Shown piece by piece: positions 17,327-27,100 of a stretch of 61,446 nucleotides of DNA. The translations under genes were made by a program, and so were the position numbers. The first letter of the stretch is position 1; each line of letters opens with the position of its first letter. Under the pieces are notes generated by a model that was not told the DNA's origin, did not search any database, and saw only the letters and a list, made by a program, of their open reading frames with translations. The stretch comes from Chloroflexota bacterium (GTDB taxonomy: Bacteria; Chloroflexota; Dehalococcoidia; JACPPY01): the NCBI GenBank assembly GCA_040754215.1, contig JBFMDE010000002.1, positions 1-61,446 of the forward strand, read 5' to 3'.

Positions 17327-17887
17327 CTACCGTTTCAGGGAAAGGGTGAACCTGGCGTCCTGCTTCTGGCCGTCGCCCATCACATAGGCCGTCCCGGATA
17401 CGTTCCAGGTTACACCCGCCGGGACCTCGTCCCACACCGGTTTCAGCGCGTCGGCGGGGAGCACTCCCCCCATCTTCTTCCAGTAGGGCAGTACCGCTTT
17501 GGTGGCATCTCCTGAGGTCATCCCCTTGCCCATCAACAGCTCGGCGACCATGTTGGAGAAGGGGACCACGGTGACTCCGGAGACAGCTATCTCACCCCCT
17601 GCCGGGATGTAGTAGTCGTTCGGGTTCTGCACATAGCCCACGTTCTTGTCTTCGCAGGCCAGGGTGAACTCGAACGAGTCCAGCTTTACCTCGACATTGC
17701 TCGGGTTCTTGATGGTGAAGTCTGCCTGGATAGTCGTGCTCTCCTTGCCGCCGAAGACAGCATAGACCTCAGAGAGGGCTACCTGGGGGGCTTTGACCTC
17801 TACCGGTGTCGTGCCCCCGGCACATGCGGCCAGGACCAGTGTGGAAAGGGACAGTACCGCCATGGCTATCATGATGGCTCTTCGCAT
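17327..17887 (-). CDS. Lipoprotein of unknown function
   Basis: 186 aa. Signal peptide with lipobox LVLAAC. The mature part is beta-rich (FTIKNPSNVEVKLDSFEFTL, loosely LEA14-like). Confidence 0.6.
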   Translation of the reverse strand: MRRAIMIAMAVLSLSTLVLAACAGGTTPVEVKAPQVALSEVYAVFGGKESTTIQADFTIKNPSNVEVKLDSFEFTLACEDKNVGYVQNPNDYYIPAGGEIAVSGVTVVPFSNMVAELLMGKGMTSGDATKAVLPYWKKMGGVLPADALKPVWDEVPAGVTWNVSGTAYVMGDGQKQDARFTLSLKR

Positions 17888-17988
17888 CTCTGTACCTCCT
17901 CCAGTGAGTTACTACTAAAGACTCTTGCCACCGGCATGGTGCTGTATCGGACCAGCTTGCTCTACCGGTCTCTTGGGCGACCATGTCG

Positions 17989-19254
17989 CTACTTCACGAA
18001 CCTGAGCATGGCCTTGGAGACCTCGATCCAGTCACTGACAGGCTGTACCACACCTCCCTTGATAGTGCCTACCTTCACGTACCCAGAGCTTACCGGGTAC
18101 GCCGTGGTTGTGGTGATTGGCTTTGTCAGCCCCATGGGGTCGAAGTTAGTTAGACTGTGCAAGGCGTCGTTCACCGCGCTCGGCGTCAGCGCCTCTGCCC
18201 CCACCTTCCCTAGAGCCTGCCTGATGCCCTCGACTGCCACCATGGAGGTCAGGACACCCTGCACGTTGGTGGCGCTGGCCTTTCGAGCGTAGTACTTCTG
18301 CATGGCGTCGTGGGCCAGCTTGATCCCCGGGATCGTGGCCTCGGACGGATAGGACCAGCACAGTGCGCCATACAGCCCCTCGCTGAGGTCTCCTAGTACC
18401 GGGATGAGGTCCTCGCCGAAGACGTAGGTGATTGTGGCGAGGCGGGTCTTGGGCGTTATCCCCAACCTCTGTGCGTCCTTCGCGATGGTGCTAACGCCGC
18501 TGGTGACGTTAGCGATGTATATCCAGTCCGGGTTGCCAGCTTTAAGCCTGGTCATCTCTATGCTCGAGTCGGTTACCCCGGCGGGGACCCATTCCACTCC
18601 CACGAGCTCGCCGCCGAACTCCTTGACCAGCTCTGCTGATAGTCCACCACCGCCGCCCGATGCCCTGTGGGTGGGAAGGTCCATCAGTATGAAGCCGACC
18701 TTGGGTGGCGTTGCCTGCTGTTGGCTGGTCCACTTCACGAAGGTGAGCATCTGGTCCAGGTAGCTGCCGTAAAGGACGGTTATGTACCTGGGTTCGGGCT
18801 TTATCGAGGTCTCGGTGATGTTGCCCACGGACATGATGGGCACCTGGCTTCTGCTGGCGGTATCAGCGATCACGTCAGGGCTCATCACCAGTACCTGGAG
18901 CAGCATGCCCCAGTCCTTCTGTCTCTTGTAGATGGAGAGCGTCTTGGCCGCGCTGTAGGCGTTGTCCTCCCAGGCTATGTCCAGCAAGGCCTTTTCCGTC
19001 TTGCCGGTCTTGGGGTCACGGTATTCTATCCCCCCCTGGTCATTCACCCACTTCATGTAGGCCAGTGCTCCCTGTGAGATGGGCGCCACCGTGGAGGCGA
19101 GGGAGCCGGTGAGCCCGAGAGAAAGGCCGACCTTGACCTTTACTGCACCGGCTACCGGGCTCTGGGCTGCCGGGGCACATGCTGTGACAGCGCTCAGAGC
19201 CAAGAGCAACGATAAGATGCCGCAAATGATACGTACTGAGACCTTGACCTTCAT
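17989..19254 (-). CDS. ABC transporter substrate-binding lipoprotein (type 1 PBP, branched-chain amino acid-like)
   Basis: ATG 19254 is preceded by GGGAGGA. Signal peptide with lipobox VTAC. LivJ-like length and pattern. Confidence 0.8.
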   Translation of the reverse strand: MKVKVSVRIICGILSLLLALSAVTACAPAAQSPVAGAVKVKVGLSLGLTGSLASTVAPISQGALAYMKWVNDQGGIEYRDPKTGKTEKALLDIAWEDNAYSAAKTLSIYKRQKDWGMLLQVLVMSPDVIADTASRSQVPIMSVGNITETSIKPEPRYITVLYGSYLDQMLTFVKWTSQQQATPPKVGFILMDLPTHRASGGGGGLSAELVKEFGGELVGVEWVPAGVTDSSIEMTRLKAGNPDWIYIANVTSGVSTIAKDAQRLGITPKTRLATITYVFGEDLIPVLGDLSEGLYGALCWSYPSEATIPGIKLAHDAMQKYYARKASATNVQGVLTSMVAVEGIRQALGKVGAEALTPSAVNDALHSLTNFDPMGLTKPITTTTAYPVSSGYVKVGTIKGGVVQPVSDWIEVSKAMLRFVK

Positions 19255-19611
19255 CCGCAGTTCCTCCCTTCTTCTTAATTGGTGGTCAAGACGACTGTGG
19301 TCGGGCATGTTGGCTCTGCTGTACCGTGGCTATGTGTAGCTGCCGTGTACTCGGCCACGGCTGGCTTTGCGGGTATTGGATAGCACCACTGCTCACTGGC
19401 CGCCGCCCACCAACTGAGATTATACGTTGGGACGGTGGAAAGTCAATAGCCTGTCGTACCTCTGAGCATCATGTTGACGGATGGAGTCGCTGTCTTGGCG
19501 CTGTTGGTCAAAACTAACACGTCTCAGGACGCATTTGGCAAGCGCTGAGTGTGCTGTCTTTTGAGGTTGTGTCAGGAGGAAGTGGACAGCTGCTGTAACG
19601 GTGTGGCATGG

Positions 19612-19686
19612 TGGAGCCAGCGGTCGGATTCGAACCGACGGCCGGCGGTTTACGAAACCGCTGCTCTACCCCTGAGCTACGCTGGC
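19612..19686 (-). tRNA. tRNA-Thr (anticodon CGU) with encoded CCA
   Basis: The reverse complement folds as a cloverleaf: acceptor GCCAGCG/CGCUGGC, anticodon stem GCGGU/ACCGC with loop UUCGUAA, T-arm GUCGG-UUCGAAU-CCGAC. Confidence 0.9.
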
Positions 19687-19696
19687 CTGGCGCCAT

Positions 19697-19702
19697 ATTG
19701 TA
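19697..19702 (-). promoter_or_regulatory. Candidate -10 box (TACAAT) for the tRNA-Thr gene
   Basis: TACAAT on the minus strand ends 10 nt upstream of the mature tRNA 5' end. No convincing -35. Confidence 0.3.
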
Positions 19703-19766
19703 GCGCACTTCCCCCGACGCCTGCCAGCTTGTGAAAGGTGTGTCCTGGGAGCTGCAGACTTGATGA

Positions 19767-20198
19767 CTAGGCAGCGACCTCCGATGGTACCAGATAGTGG
19801 ACGATGTGCACTATCTCCTCTGCAGCCATCTCCTGGAAGTTAGTCAGCGCGCCGGGCAACCTCAGTGTCTTTATCAGGTCGACCACAATGCTGGGCGTCG
19901 TCCGGTTGACTATCTCTGCCACCCCGGGCTTGGCCAGAACCTTTACCAGTTCAACGAGCTGCGAGGAGGGCACGTCTTTCACGGAGGCGAGCACTCCAGG
20001 CTTGGCCAGTGCGGAGATGAGGGCATGAGTACCTGGAGAGAACCTCAGCAGCCCGGAGCGGGCCACCAGCCTCAGTACCGGTTCGGCGGCCGGGCGCAAG
20101 GGGCCTTTCACTAATGTCAGTAAGCCGGTGCTGGACATCATGCTGAATAGCTTCACGACCAGATTGGGGACCCCTGGAGCGCGTTGCTGGATAGACAT
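19767..20198 (-). CDS. Hypothetical protein with about five 17-18-aa helical repeats
   Basis: 143 aa. Recurring L-x-x-LAKPGV-like units (LISALAKPGVLASV, LVKVLAKPGVAEIV, LIKTLRLPGALTNF). No family recognised. Confidence 0.45.
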   Translation of the reverse strand: MSIQQRAPGVPNLVVKLFSMMSSTGLLTLVKGPLRPAAEPVLRLVARSGLLRFSPGTHALISALAKPGVLASVKDVPSSQLVELVKVLAKPGVAEIVNRTTPSIVVDLIKTLRLPGALTNFQEMAAEEIVHIVHYLVPSEVAA

Positions 20199-20216
20199 AG
20201 CTACCCCCCCCGCTAC

Positions 20217-21296
20217 TTACTTATAGAAATGCCTTCTGCCCCTCTCGTGGGCGATTATGGTCATCAGTTCGTCCCAGTCAACCGGTGGTTCCTTGACCTT
20301 GGACTCTGCCTTGCGCCTCATCAGGATGGCACCGCTGGAGCATGCGGTGGCACAGAGGCCACAGCCGATGCACTTGGTGCCATCCATTTTGGCCTTCCCC
20401 TGGACGAGCGAGAGGGCATGCATGGTGCAGGCCTTGACGCAGTCGGGGCATCCGTTGCAGGACTCCTTGTTGATGACGGGGACGTAGTTGGAGTGCTGGA
20501 TGGCTGTTGACTGGCCGAACTCCACCATGCCTCTCATTATGCCGCAGCAGCAGGAGCAGCACTGACACATGAAAAGGTGGTTCTGCCTGACGTTGGTGGC
20601 AAGACGTACCAGCCCTGCTTGTTCTGCCTGGTCAATGGCCTTGAGGGCCTCGTCAACGGTTGCCGCCTTGGCGATCCCTCTCTCGACGTAGAGCTCTGCC
20701 CAGGGACTGAAGATGAGGCATATCTCGTCCTTGGGCCTGTCGCAGACACGGCCTATGAGCTTCCTCTCCTTGCGGCAAATACACTCCGCGAGGGCGACCT
20801 TCTTGGTTCCCTTTACGATCTCGGAGGCCCTCTCGTAGGGGGCGACTTCTGTACTTACCGGCAGTGACCTCTCTGCGGGGATGACCCAGGCCCATGGCGG
20901 CTTGGTGCCGAAGAGCTCGGGTGCGTATTCGGGTAGGAAGACCTCGAAGAGGCGTGCCACGACCTCGTTATATATCCCGACCTGGAACTCGTACACACCA
21001 GGGACGAACAGCTCAATGGAATACACCTTCTCGCCATCCTTCTCCCTGCGTAGTATCAGGCCCTTGCGCACCATGGTCTCAAGCAGTTCGAGGACTTCCT
21101 TCTCGCTCCTTCCCAGCTTGCGGGCCACCTCTTGTGGGGCCTGTCCTTGGGGTGTCATGTGCAGGGCCGCGTGTGCCTCCTCTTCGGTGAACAGCACGTT
21201 GAGGAAGGCACGTTCCAGCCGGCTGGGCACCTCCGGCAGCCCTATGGGCAGCATGTTATAGTGTTGCCGCAGAGCGTTGAGGGTATGCTCGTGCAT
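20217..21296 (-). CDS. Winged-helix domain fused to a Cys-rich / 2x[4Fe-4S] ferredoxin domain protein
   Basis: 359 aa. wHTH-like EVARKLGRSEKEVLELLETMVRKGLILRRE. Cys clusters CICRKE..C, CQCCSCCC, CNGCPDCVKAC and CIGCGLCATAC. Confidence 0.7.
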   Translation of the reverse strand: MHEHTLNALRQHYNMLPIGLPEVPSRLERAFLNVLFTEEEAHAALHMTPQGQAPQEVARKLGRSEKEVLELLETMVRKGLILRREKDGEKVYSIELFVPGVYEFQVGIYNEVVARLFEVFLPEYAPELFGTKPPWAWVIPAERSLPVSTEVAPYERASEIVKGTKKVALAECICRKERKLIGRVCDRPKDEICLIFSPWAELYVERGIAKAATVDEALKAIDQAEQAGLVRLATNVRQNHLFMCQCCSCCCGIMRGMVEFGQSTAIQHSNYVPVINKESCNGCPDCVKACTMHALSLVQGKAKMDGTKCIGCGLCATACSSGAILMRRKAESKVKEPPVDWDELMTIIAHERGRRHFYK

Positions 21297-21449
21297 CCTG
21301 CCTCACCTCCTCCGTTGTTTCTCAGCACGAATCCCGAGGGGTACTGAGAACGAACGCTCGTTCGTTGGCTGCAGTATAGGGCCAGTGGGGGCACTTGTCA
21401 AGGCGCTGGTTTTGGCAACTGCTCGGTTGCGGTCTCCGCGAGAGGGACT

Positions 21450-22403
21450 TCAGGTGGAGATCGTCTTATGGGGCCTGTGGGGCTGGTGGTAGGGAGGAGT
21501 GGTCAACCATCCCGGGCTGTATTCGGAGTCCAGGCCCTGTCGGTCGAGGTCGGCGGTGAGGATGCGCTCAGCCGGGATATTGGAGAGTCCTTCGGTCTGG
21601 CGCAGGTCAATGGCCTTCACATAGTTTCGGCAGACGTCGCAGACGTATAGGCGGTATCGCTGAGAATCGTCGGTGAAGTAGGAAAGAGACTTGGGGTCCT
21701 GGTTCTCACAGAAGGGGCATTTGAGTCGCAGGAATAGCCACTGGCCATCGCATCTGGAGCACACCAGCCAGCGGTTGCCCACCTCCTTCTCAAGGAAGGC
21801 GAAATCTGCCCTGCCGCCACAGACCGGACAATAGTTGCGGCGCCATTTCTCCTGGACTATGAGTGGGGACAGTACCCCGGCCCAGGCATTGAGAAAGGGG
21901 TGCATGCTGATGCCGATGACGTCGGCCAGCACCTCTGAGGCGACCTTGCTGACCCTTGGAGTACTGGGCAATGAACCGCGTTCGTACCATCGTTTGGCAT
22001 ATCGGCGTAGGACGTTGATATTCCCGGCGATGGTGGCGAGAGTCGTTTCGGCACGGGGTGGCAGGATGGAGTACCTGTGGAGAATGGCAACGGATTTCTG
22101 TGACAGGTTGGAGAACAGTGGCCAGTCTGTCCCTATGTAGGAGAATAACACCAGCAGCGGAACGCCTCTGCTGAGGCGTTCCGCTGCTACCTTGGCATCT
22201 ATGGTGCTCGTTGCGGGGTGGAAACCGGCTCCTGCCTCGGACTGAGCGGTCAGCAGTTCCTCATGGAACTGGATGAACTTAGAAGGGCCTGCCTTCTCTT
22301 CCCAGCGGCGAAGCTCTTGAATGGTGTCAGCATACTTGCTTGCTATCTCAGCGCTCCCCTTATTTTCCGCCCGAGGGTTTCTCCTCTTTCGCCTTCTCCT
22401 CAT
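21450..22403 (-). CDS. fdhE: Formate dehydrogenase accessory protein FdhE
   Basis: 317 aa with four CxxC pairs (CPVCGG, CSRCDG, CPFCEN, CDVCRN) in FdhE spacing. Overlaps the end of the gamma-subunit gene by 44 nt. Confidence 0.8.
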   Translation of the reverse strand: MRRRRKRRNPRAENKGSAEIASKYADTIQELRRWEEKAGPSKFIQFHEELLTAQSEAGAGFHPATSTIDAKVAAERLSRGVPLLVLFSYIGTDWPLFSNLSQKSVAILHRYSILPPRAETTLATIAGNINVLRRYAKRWYERGSLPSTPRVSKVASEVLADVIGISMHPFLNAWAGVLSPLIVQEKWRRNYCPVCGGRADFAFLEKEVGNRWLVCSRCDGQWLFLRLKCPFCENQDPKSLSYFTDDSQRYRLYVCDVCRNYVKAIDLRQTEGLSNIPAERILTADLDRQGLDSEYSPGWLTTPPYHQPHRPHKTIST

Positions 22404-23022
22404 ACCACTTGGCGTAGTGGGCCTGGGCGAACTCCTTCGTTACCTTGCCGTTCGTCATCGAGCTGAACACGCCGGACATCAGTGGATGCAGTACCGAGAG
22501 GTAGATGTGCACGAAGAAGAAGCAGACGGTGGCGATGAAGGAGACATCGTGAGCGAAGACGCTCCACTGGAACACTGCACTGGGCAGCGTGTCCTGGAAG
22601 AACCACATCAGTATGCCTGTGATCACGAACACAGGACCCGTCAACATGAGTAGCAGGAACCAGAGTTTCTGTCCGGAGTTTACGCGCCCCTGTGGCGGCA
22701 TTGCCGCCTCATCGCCGAGGAAGTAGTATCGTGGGGCCGCAGCTACCCAACCGAAGTCCTCCTTACCCCAGGTAAGGCCTTCCTTAATCGTTTCGATGGC
22801 GCTGCGCGGCCGGACCAGGAAGAACAGTATGGGCATGCCCATGAAGAGCACTGCCCCGATACGGTGTATCACCCTGGTCCAGGAGTCTTGAGCAACGGCG
22901 CCTATCCAGGGTACATACAGGAAGATGCCGGTAACCACCAGAGTGATGAAGGCGGTGACGTGTACCCAGTGGAAGACACGTGCCATCACGCTATAGCGTT
23001 CTACTCTTTCTGTTTTCTTCAT
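22360..23022 (-). CDS. fdnI: Formate dehydrogenase gamma subunit (cytochrome b556-type)
   Basis: 220 aa with four hydrophobic helices carrying conserved His (FHWVHV, HRIGAV, AHDVSF, VHIYLSVLHP). Confidence 0.8.
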   Translation of the reverse strand: MKKTERVERYSVMARVFHWVHVTAFITLVVTGIFLYVPWIGAVAQDSWTRVIHRIGAVLFMGMPILFFLVRPRSAIETIKEGLTWGKEDFGWVAAAPRYYFLGDEAAMPPQGRVNSGQKLWFLLLMLTGPVFVITGILMWFFQDTLPSAVFQWSVFAHDVSFIATVCFFFVHIYLSVLHPLMSGVFSSMTNGKVTKEFAQAHYAKWYEEKAKEEKPSGGK

Positions 23023-23055
23023 TTCCAGTTCGCCCTCCTGAAGCCTTCTGGCGGA

Positions 23056-23844
23056 CTATCCTTTGCCATGGCTCTTGACGTTGGCCCGAGCAACAAGGTA
23101 GTTCAGACCCAGTCCCAGCACGGTGAGGCCTGCCAGGACGTAGCCCGCGGGTTGCAGGATGCCCTGCCATACGGTGGTGCTGGCGGGCAGCCTCGGGTCT
23201 GCTGGCAGGCCATGGACCGTGGGCTTGTGCGGGAGCACATACATCACGTGCAGGCCTCCCAGCTCATCCTCCCCGTAGAGGTAGGCGTCCGGGTACTTGG
23301 CCTTGAGTTCCTTCACGCGTTGTCTGCCTAGAAGGAGCATCTGGTCCTGGTCGCCGAACTGAAGCGCGTGTGGGGGACAGGTCTTGACGCAGGCGGGTAT
23401 CAGGTTATTGGTCACCCTGTCGGCGCAGAAGAGACACTTGGATGCCTTGCGGATGCCGGTGATGCTGCTGCCGCTCATCCTCGGCACCTGGAAGGGACAG
23501 AACTGGGAGCAGTAGCCGCAGCCGGAACAGAGGTCTTCGTTGTAGTCAATGAAGCCGAGGGGATGGTGTGACAGGGCCCCTGTGGGGCACACCTCCACGC
23601 AGGCCGCGTTCGTGCAGTGCATGCAAGACCGCCTGGTGAATAGCCATTCCAGAGACTTGTCGTACTCCAACTCCTTGAAGCGCATCTTGATGTAGGTGTT
23701 GGGCGAGAGGTCGGGGGGGTTCTCGTAGCTGCCAAGGTTGACAGTTGGCACAGCCTCGAGCTCGTTCCACTGCTTGCAGGCGACCTGACAGCCGCGGCAG
23801 GCGGTACACTTTGTTGGGTCGAAGAGGATCGCTTTTTCAGCCAT
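23056..23844 (-). CDS. fdnH: Formate dehydrogenase iron-sulfur (beta) subunit with C-terminal membrane anchor
   Basis: 262 aa. Several 4Fe-4S motifs (CTACRGCQVAC, CMHCTNAAC, CSGCGYC, CLFC..CVKTCP) and a hydrophobic C-terminal helix. Confidence 0.9.
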   Translation of the reverse strand: MAEKAILFDPTKCTACRGCQVACKQWNELEAVPTVNLGSYENPPDLSPNTYIKMRFKELEYDKSLEWLFTRRSCMHCTNAACVEVCPTGALSHHPLGFIDYNEDLCSGCGYCSQFCPFQVPRMSGSSITGIRKASKCLFCADRVTNNLIPACVKTCPPHALQFGDQDQMLLLGRQRVKELKAKYPDAYLYGEDELGGLHVMYVLPHKPTVHGLPADPRLPASTTVWQGILQPAGYVLAGLTVLGLGLNYLVARANVKSHGKG

Positions 23845-23875
23845 TAGTTACCTCCATTCTTGCTGTGCCATCGGA

Positions 23876-26800
23876 CTATGCCTTACGCACGTTGCACAGG
23901 AACGCCTTGTACTCGGGAATCATGGTGTTGGCATCGCCTATGTTTGGTGTCAGGACATTCGCACTGTCGCCGGTCGAGAGCCCGATGTAGCCCCAGTGCC
24001 AGGGCATGCCTATCTCGTGTATCACCTTGCCGTTCATGCGGAACGGCTTGAACCTCTTGGTGACCAATGCCTTGGCGGTCACCTTGCCGCGGGCCGTCTC
24101 GACCACTACCATGTCTTCGTTGGCGATGCCCTTCTCTGCCGCCAGCTCCTCGCTGAGCTCGATGAACATCTCGGGCATCAGCTCCACGGACCAGGGCAGG
24201 TTCCTGGTCATCTGCCCTGCCTGCCAGTGCTCCACGATGCGGTAGGTGGTACAGACGATGGGGTATTTGTCGGAGTCACCCTTGAAGTCCATTTCGCCTG
24301 CCCAGAGCTTGATGCACGGGTCGTTCTGGGTACCGGAGAGGGGGTTCTTCACCGGGCTCTCCCAGGGCTCGTAGTGCTCGGGGAATGTGCCGTCCGCCAT
24401 GCCCTTCGCAAGTAGTGGGCCGTTGGGGAGGGCCGCCGTGAAGAGGCGTGCCACGCCCTCCGCGGTCATGATGAAGGGGTACTTCCCGGCGTCGGCCGCC
24501 ATGGGCGGATATCCGCCGTCAGCGATGTCGCCCAGCCATTTCGCACCCGCGGCATCCCACTTGATCACCGGGTGTTCGCTATCCCAGGGGTTGCCGTTGG
24601 GGTCAACGGAGGCGCGGTTGTACACGATGCGCCTGTTGACCGGCCAGGACCAGGCCCACTTGGAGTACAGGCCGACGTTGAACGGGCTGTCGTCCAGGTC
24701 GCGGCGCGCCATCATGTTTCCGGCCTCAGTATAGGAGCCACTGAATAACCAGTTGCCGCAGGAGGTTGTGCCGTCACTCTTGAGTGCGGCGAAGCTGACC
24801 ATGAGCTTGCCCGTCGCCAGGTCGTAGCCGTTTATCTCCCTGGCCACCTTGTGCGGGTCGGCATGCGTGCCGTAGTCCCAGGTAAGCCTGGTGATTGCAT
24901 CGCGGTTGGGAGCGGCAGCATCGGCGTCGTAGAGTTTCTTTATCCTTATCATGAGGTCGTTTATGATGTCCAGGTCCGGTTTCGCCACACCGGGGGCGTC
25001 CGCGCCCTTATACCGCCACTGCGCCCAGCGACTGCTATTGGTGACGCTGCCCTCCTTCTCGAAGGAGGCAGCTGCCGGCAGCGCGAAGACCTCGGTCTTG
25101 ATGTCGGCGGGGTTCACCCTGGGGCGTTTCCAGAAGTTGCCAGTCTCGGTATGCCAGAGGTCCACCGAGACCAGCCAGTCCAGCTTTTCCAGGGCCTTGC
25201 GCGTCATGTTGGCGTTGGGGCCGCCGACGGCGGGGTTCATGCCCCAGACCATCAGACCCTTGATGATACCGTCGTACATGGCGTGGAACAGGGAGATGAA
25301 GGAGTAGTTATCGCTCCCCTTCGGCAGATACTGGTAGCCGAACTCGTTGTCCTTCGTGGCAGCGTCGCCGTACCATGCCTTGAGCATGCTCACCAGATAT
25401 TTGGGAAGGTTCTGCACCCAGTTCGCGCTTTTGGGGTCTGTCCACTTGGGCGTAGAGCGGTCCAGGTATTTCTGAAGCGTCTCGTCGGTGTTGAGTGGCC
25501 TCTCGAGGTAGCCGGGGAGAAGGTGGAAAAGCAGGGCGTGGTCGGTGGCGCCCTGGACATTGGACTCACCCCGCGCTGCGTTCACGCCGCCGCCGCAGAC
25601 GCCGATGTTGGCCAGCAACAGCTGCAAGACGCAATATGAACTGCACACCTGCGAGCCGTTAGTGTGCTGTGTGGTGCCCATGGCGTAGAGGATAGTCCCG
25701 GCCTTGCCCGGTGCGCCGGTGTCAGCGAAGGCGCGGCAGACCTCGAGGAACTTGTCTTTAGGTGTGCCGCACGTCTCCGACACCTTGTCAGCCGTGTAGC
25801 GGGCATACTGCTTCTTCAGCAACTGGAAGACGCAGTTGGGGTCGCTGAGGGTCATGTCCTTCTTGGGGATACCCTTGTCGTCTACCTGGTAGCTCCAGGT
25901 TGACTTGTCGTAGCTGCGCTTCGACGCGTCGTACCCCGAGAACAGGCCATCAAGGTCTGCCGGCCCTTTGAAGGCAGGGTTCACCAGATAAGAGGCGTTG
26001 GTGTACTCTTTGAGGTACACCATGTTGTAGTTCTGCGGATTGGCCAGCATGTCGTCAATGACGTATTTGATCATGCCACCAATGAAGGCGACATCGGTGC
26101 CCGACCTCATCGGGGCGTAGACGTCTGCCTTCGCGGCGCTGCGGCTGAACCGCGGGTCAACGACGATGAGCTTGCCGCCTCGCTCCTTCGCCTTCGTGAT
26201 GTGTCCGAAGGCCGCCGGGTGGTTCTCTGCGGGGTTGCCCCCGATGATAAACACGCAGTCGCTGTTGGCGATGTCGTTCCAGTGGTTGGTCATCACTCCT
26301 CGACCAAAGTTGTTGCCCAGACCGGCAACAGTGGAGGAATGTCATATGCGGGCCTGGGTCTCGATGTACACCATGCCCAGGCTCCGCAGCATCTTTATCA
26401 GGAGGTAGCACTCCTCGTTGTCCAGTGCTGAGCTCCCGACTTCGGCGATGGCCTCAGTGCGGTTGACCGTGTAGTTGCCGTCCTTGGCCTTCCAGTTGGC
26501 GTCGCGGGTCTGCTTGATGAGCTGGGCGATGCGGTTCAGGGACCAGTCCCAGTCTTTCGCCTCCCAGTCGGCGGCCCCCGGCGCGCGGTATAGCACCTTG
26601 CTCAGCCGCCTCGGGTTGTCGGCGGATAGTTGCCGCATCGAGGCCCCCTTGGAGCAGGCTGCGCCGCGGTTGACTGGGTGGTCCGGGTCGCCCTCGATGT
26701 TGACCACCTTGCCGTTGACCGCGGCCACCAGAAAGCCGCATCCGCTGCCATCGTACGGGCATATCGTCGGCGACTCCCCGACTTTCTTATGCAGGGGTAT

Positions 26801-26914
26801 CGTGCGGGGTGACGTGGCGCCGAGGGCGGCACCTCTGCTGGCAATACTGTACAGTAATGCGCCGCCGGCGCCGGCTCCAGATAGCTTGAGAAATTGCCTG
26901 CGATTCAGTTCCAC
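23876..26914 (-). CDS. fdnG: Selenocysteine-containing formate dehydrogenase alpha subunit (molybdopterin, Tat-exported)
   Basis: Track ORFs 26342..26914 and 23876..26296 are in frame across TGA 26342-26344. The read-through sequence is ARI-U-HSSTVAGLGNNFGRGVMTNHW. Twin-arginine signal RRQFLK. GTG start is preceded by AAAGGAGG. Confidence 0.9.
26298..26341 (-). promoter_or_regulatory. SECIS-like hairpin immediately 3' of the in-frame UGA
   Basis: On the minus strand GUUGCC (26329-26324) pairs with GGCAAC (26317-26312) around loop GGUCUG. An outer UCCUC/GAGGA pairing extends the structure. The hairpin starts about 12 nt after the UGA. Confidence 0.6.
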
Positions 26915-26984
26915 AAGCTACCTCCTTTCTCTGACCCTGGACTGGTTATGATGGATGCTAAGCCCAAAGGCTATCACAACCAAG

Positions 26985-27013
26985 TTGTATTATTGAATAA
27001 AAAAGGGTATCAA
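26985..27013 (-). promoter_or_regulatory. AT-rich candidate promoter region for the fdn operon
   Basis: Minus strand has TTGATA (27013-27008) followed 15-17 nt later by TAATAC/ATACAA. This is the only AT-rich patch upstream of fdnG. Weak -10. Confidence 0.25.
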
Positions 27014-27100
27014 TCCGGTTGATGACGCGTGTCAGTTTGCGATGCAGATGCCATTCTGGGCTCGCGTGGCTTGTGGGGGTACAGGGCACGCCTGGCGGAC

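Noticed and set aside
19326-19608. Short ORFs (for example 19326..19517, 19514..19708, 19549..19734) around the tRNA
   Set aside because: They overlap or run antisense to the tRNA-Thr gene, have no RBS or motifs, and are most likely non-coding spacer.
26297-26341. The gap between the two FDH alpha ORFs read as a frameshift, a pseudogene or two separate subunits
   Set aside because: The ORFs are in the same frame. The single intervening stop is TGA at the conserved Sec/Cys active-site position and is followed by a SECIS-like hairpin, so selenocysteine recoding is the simpler explanation.
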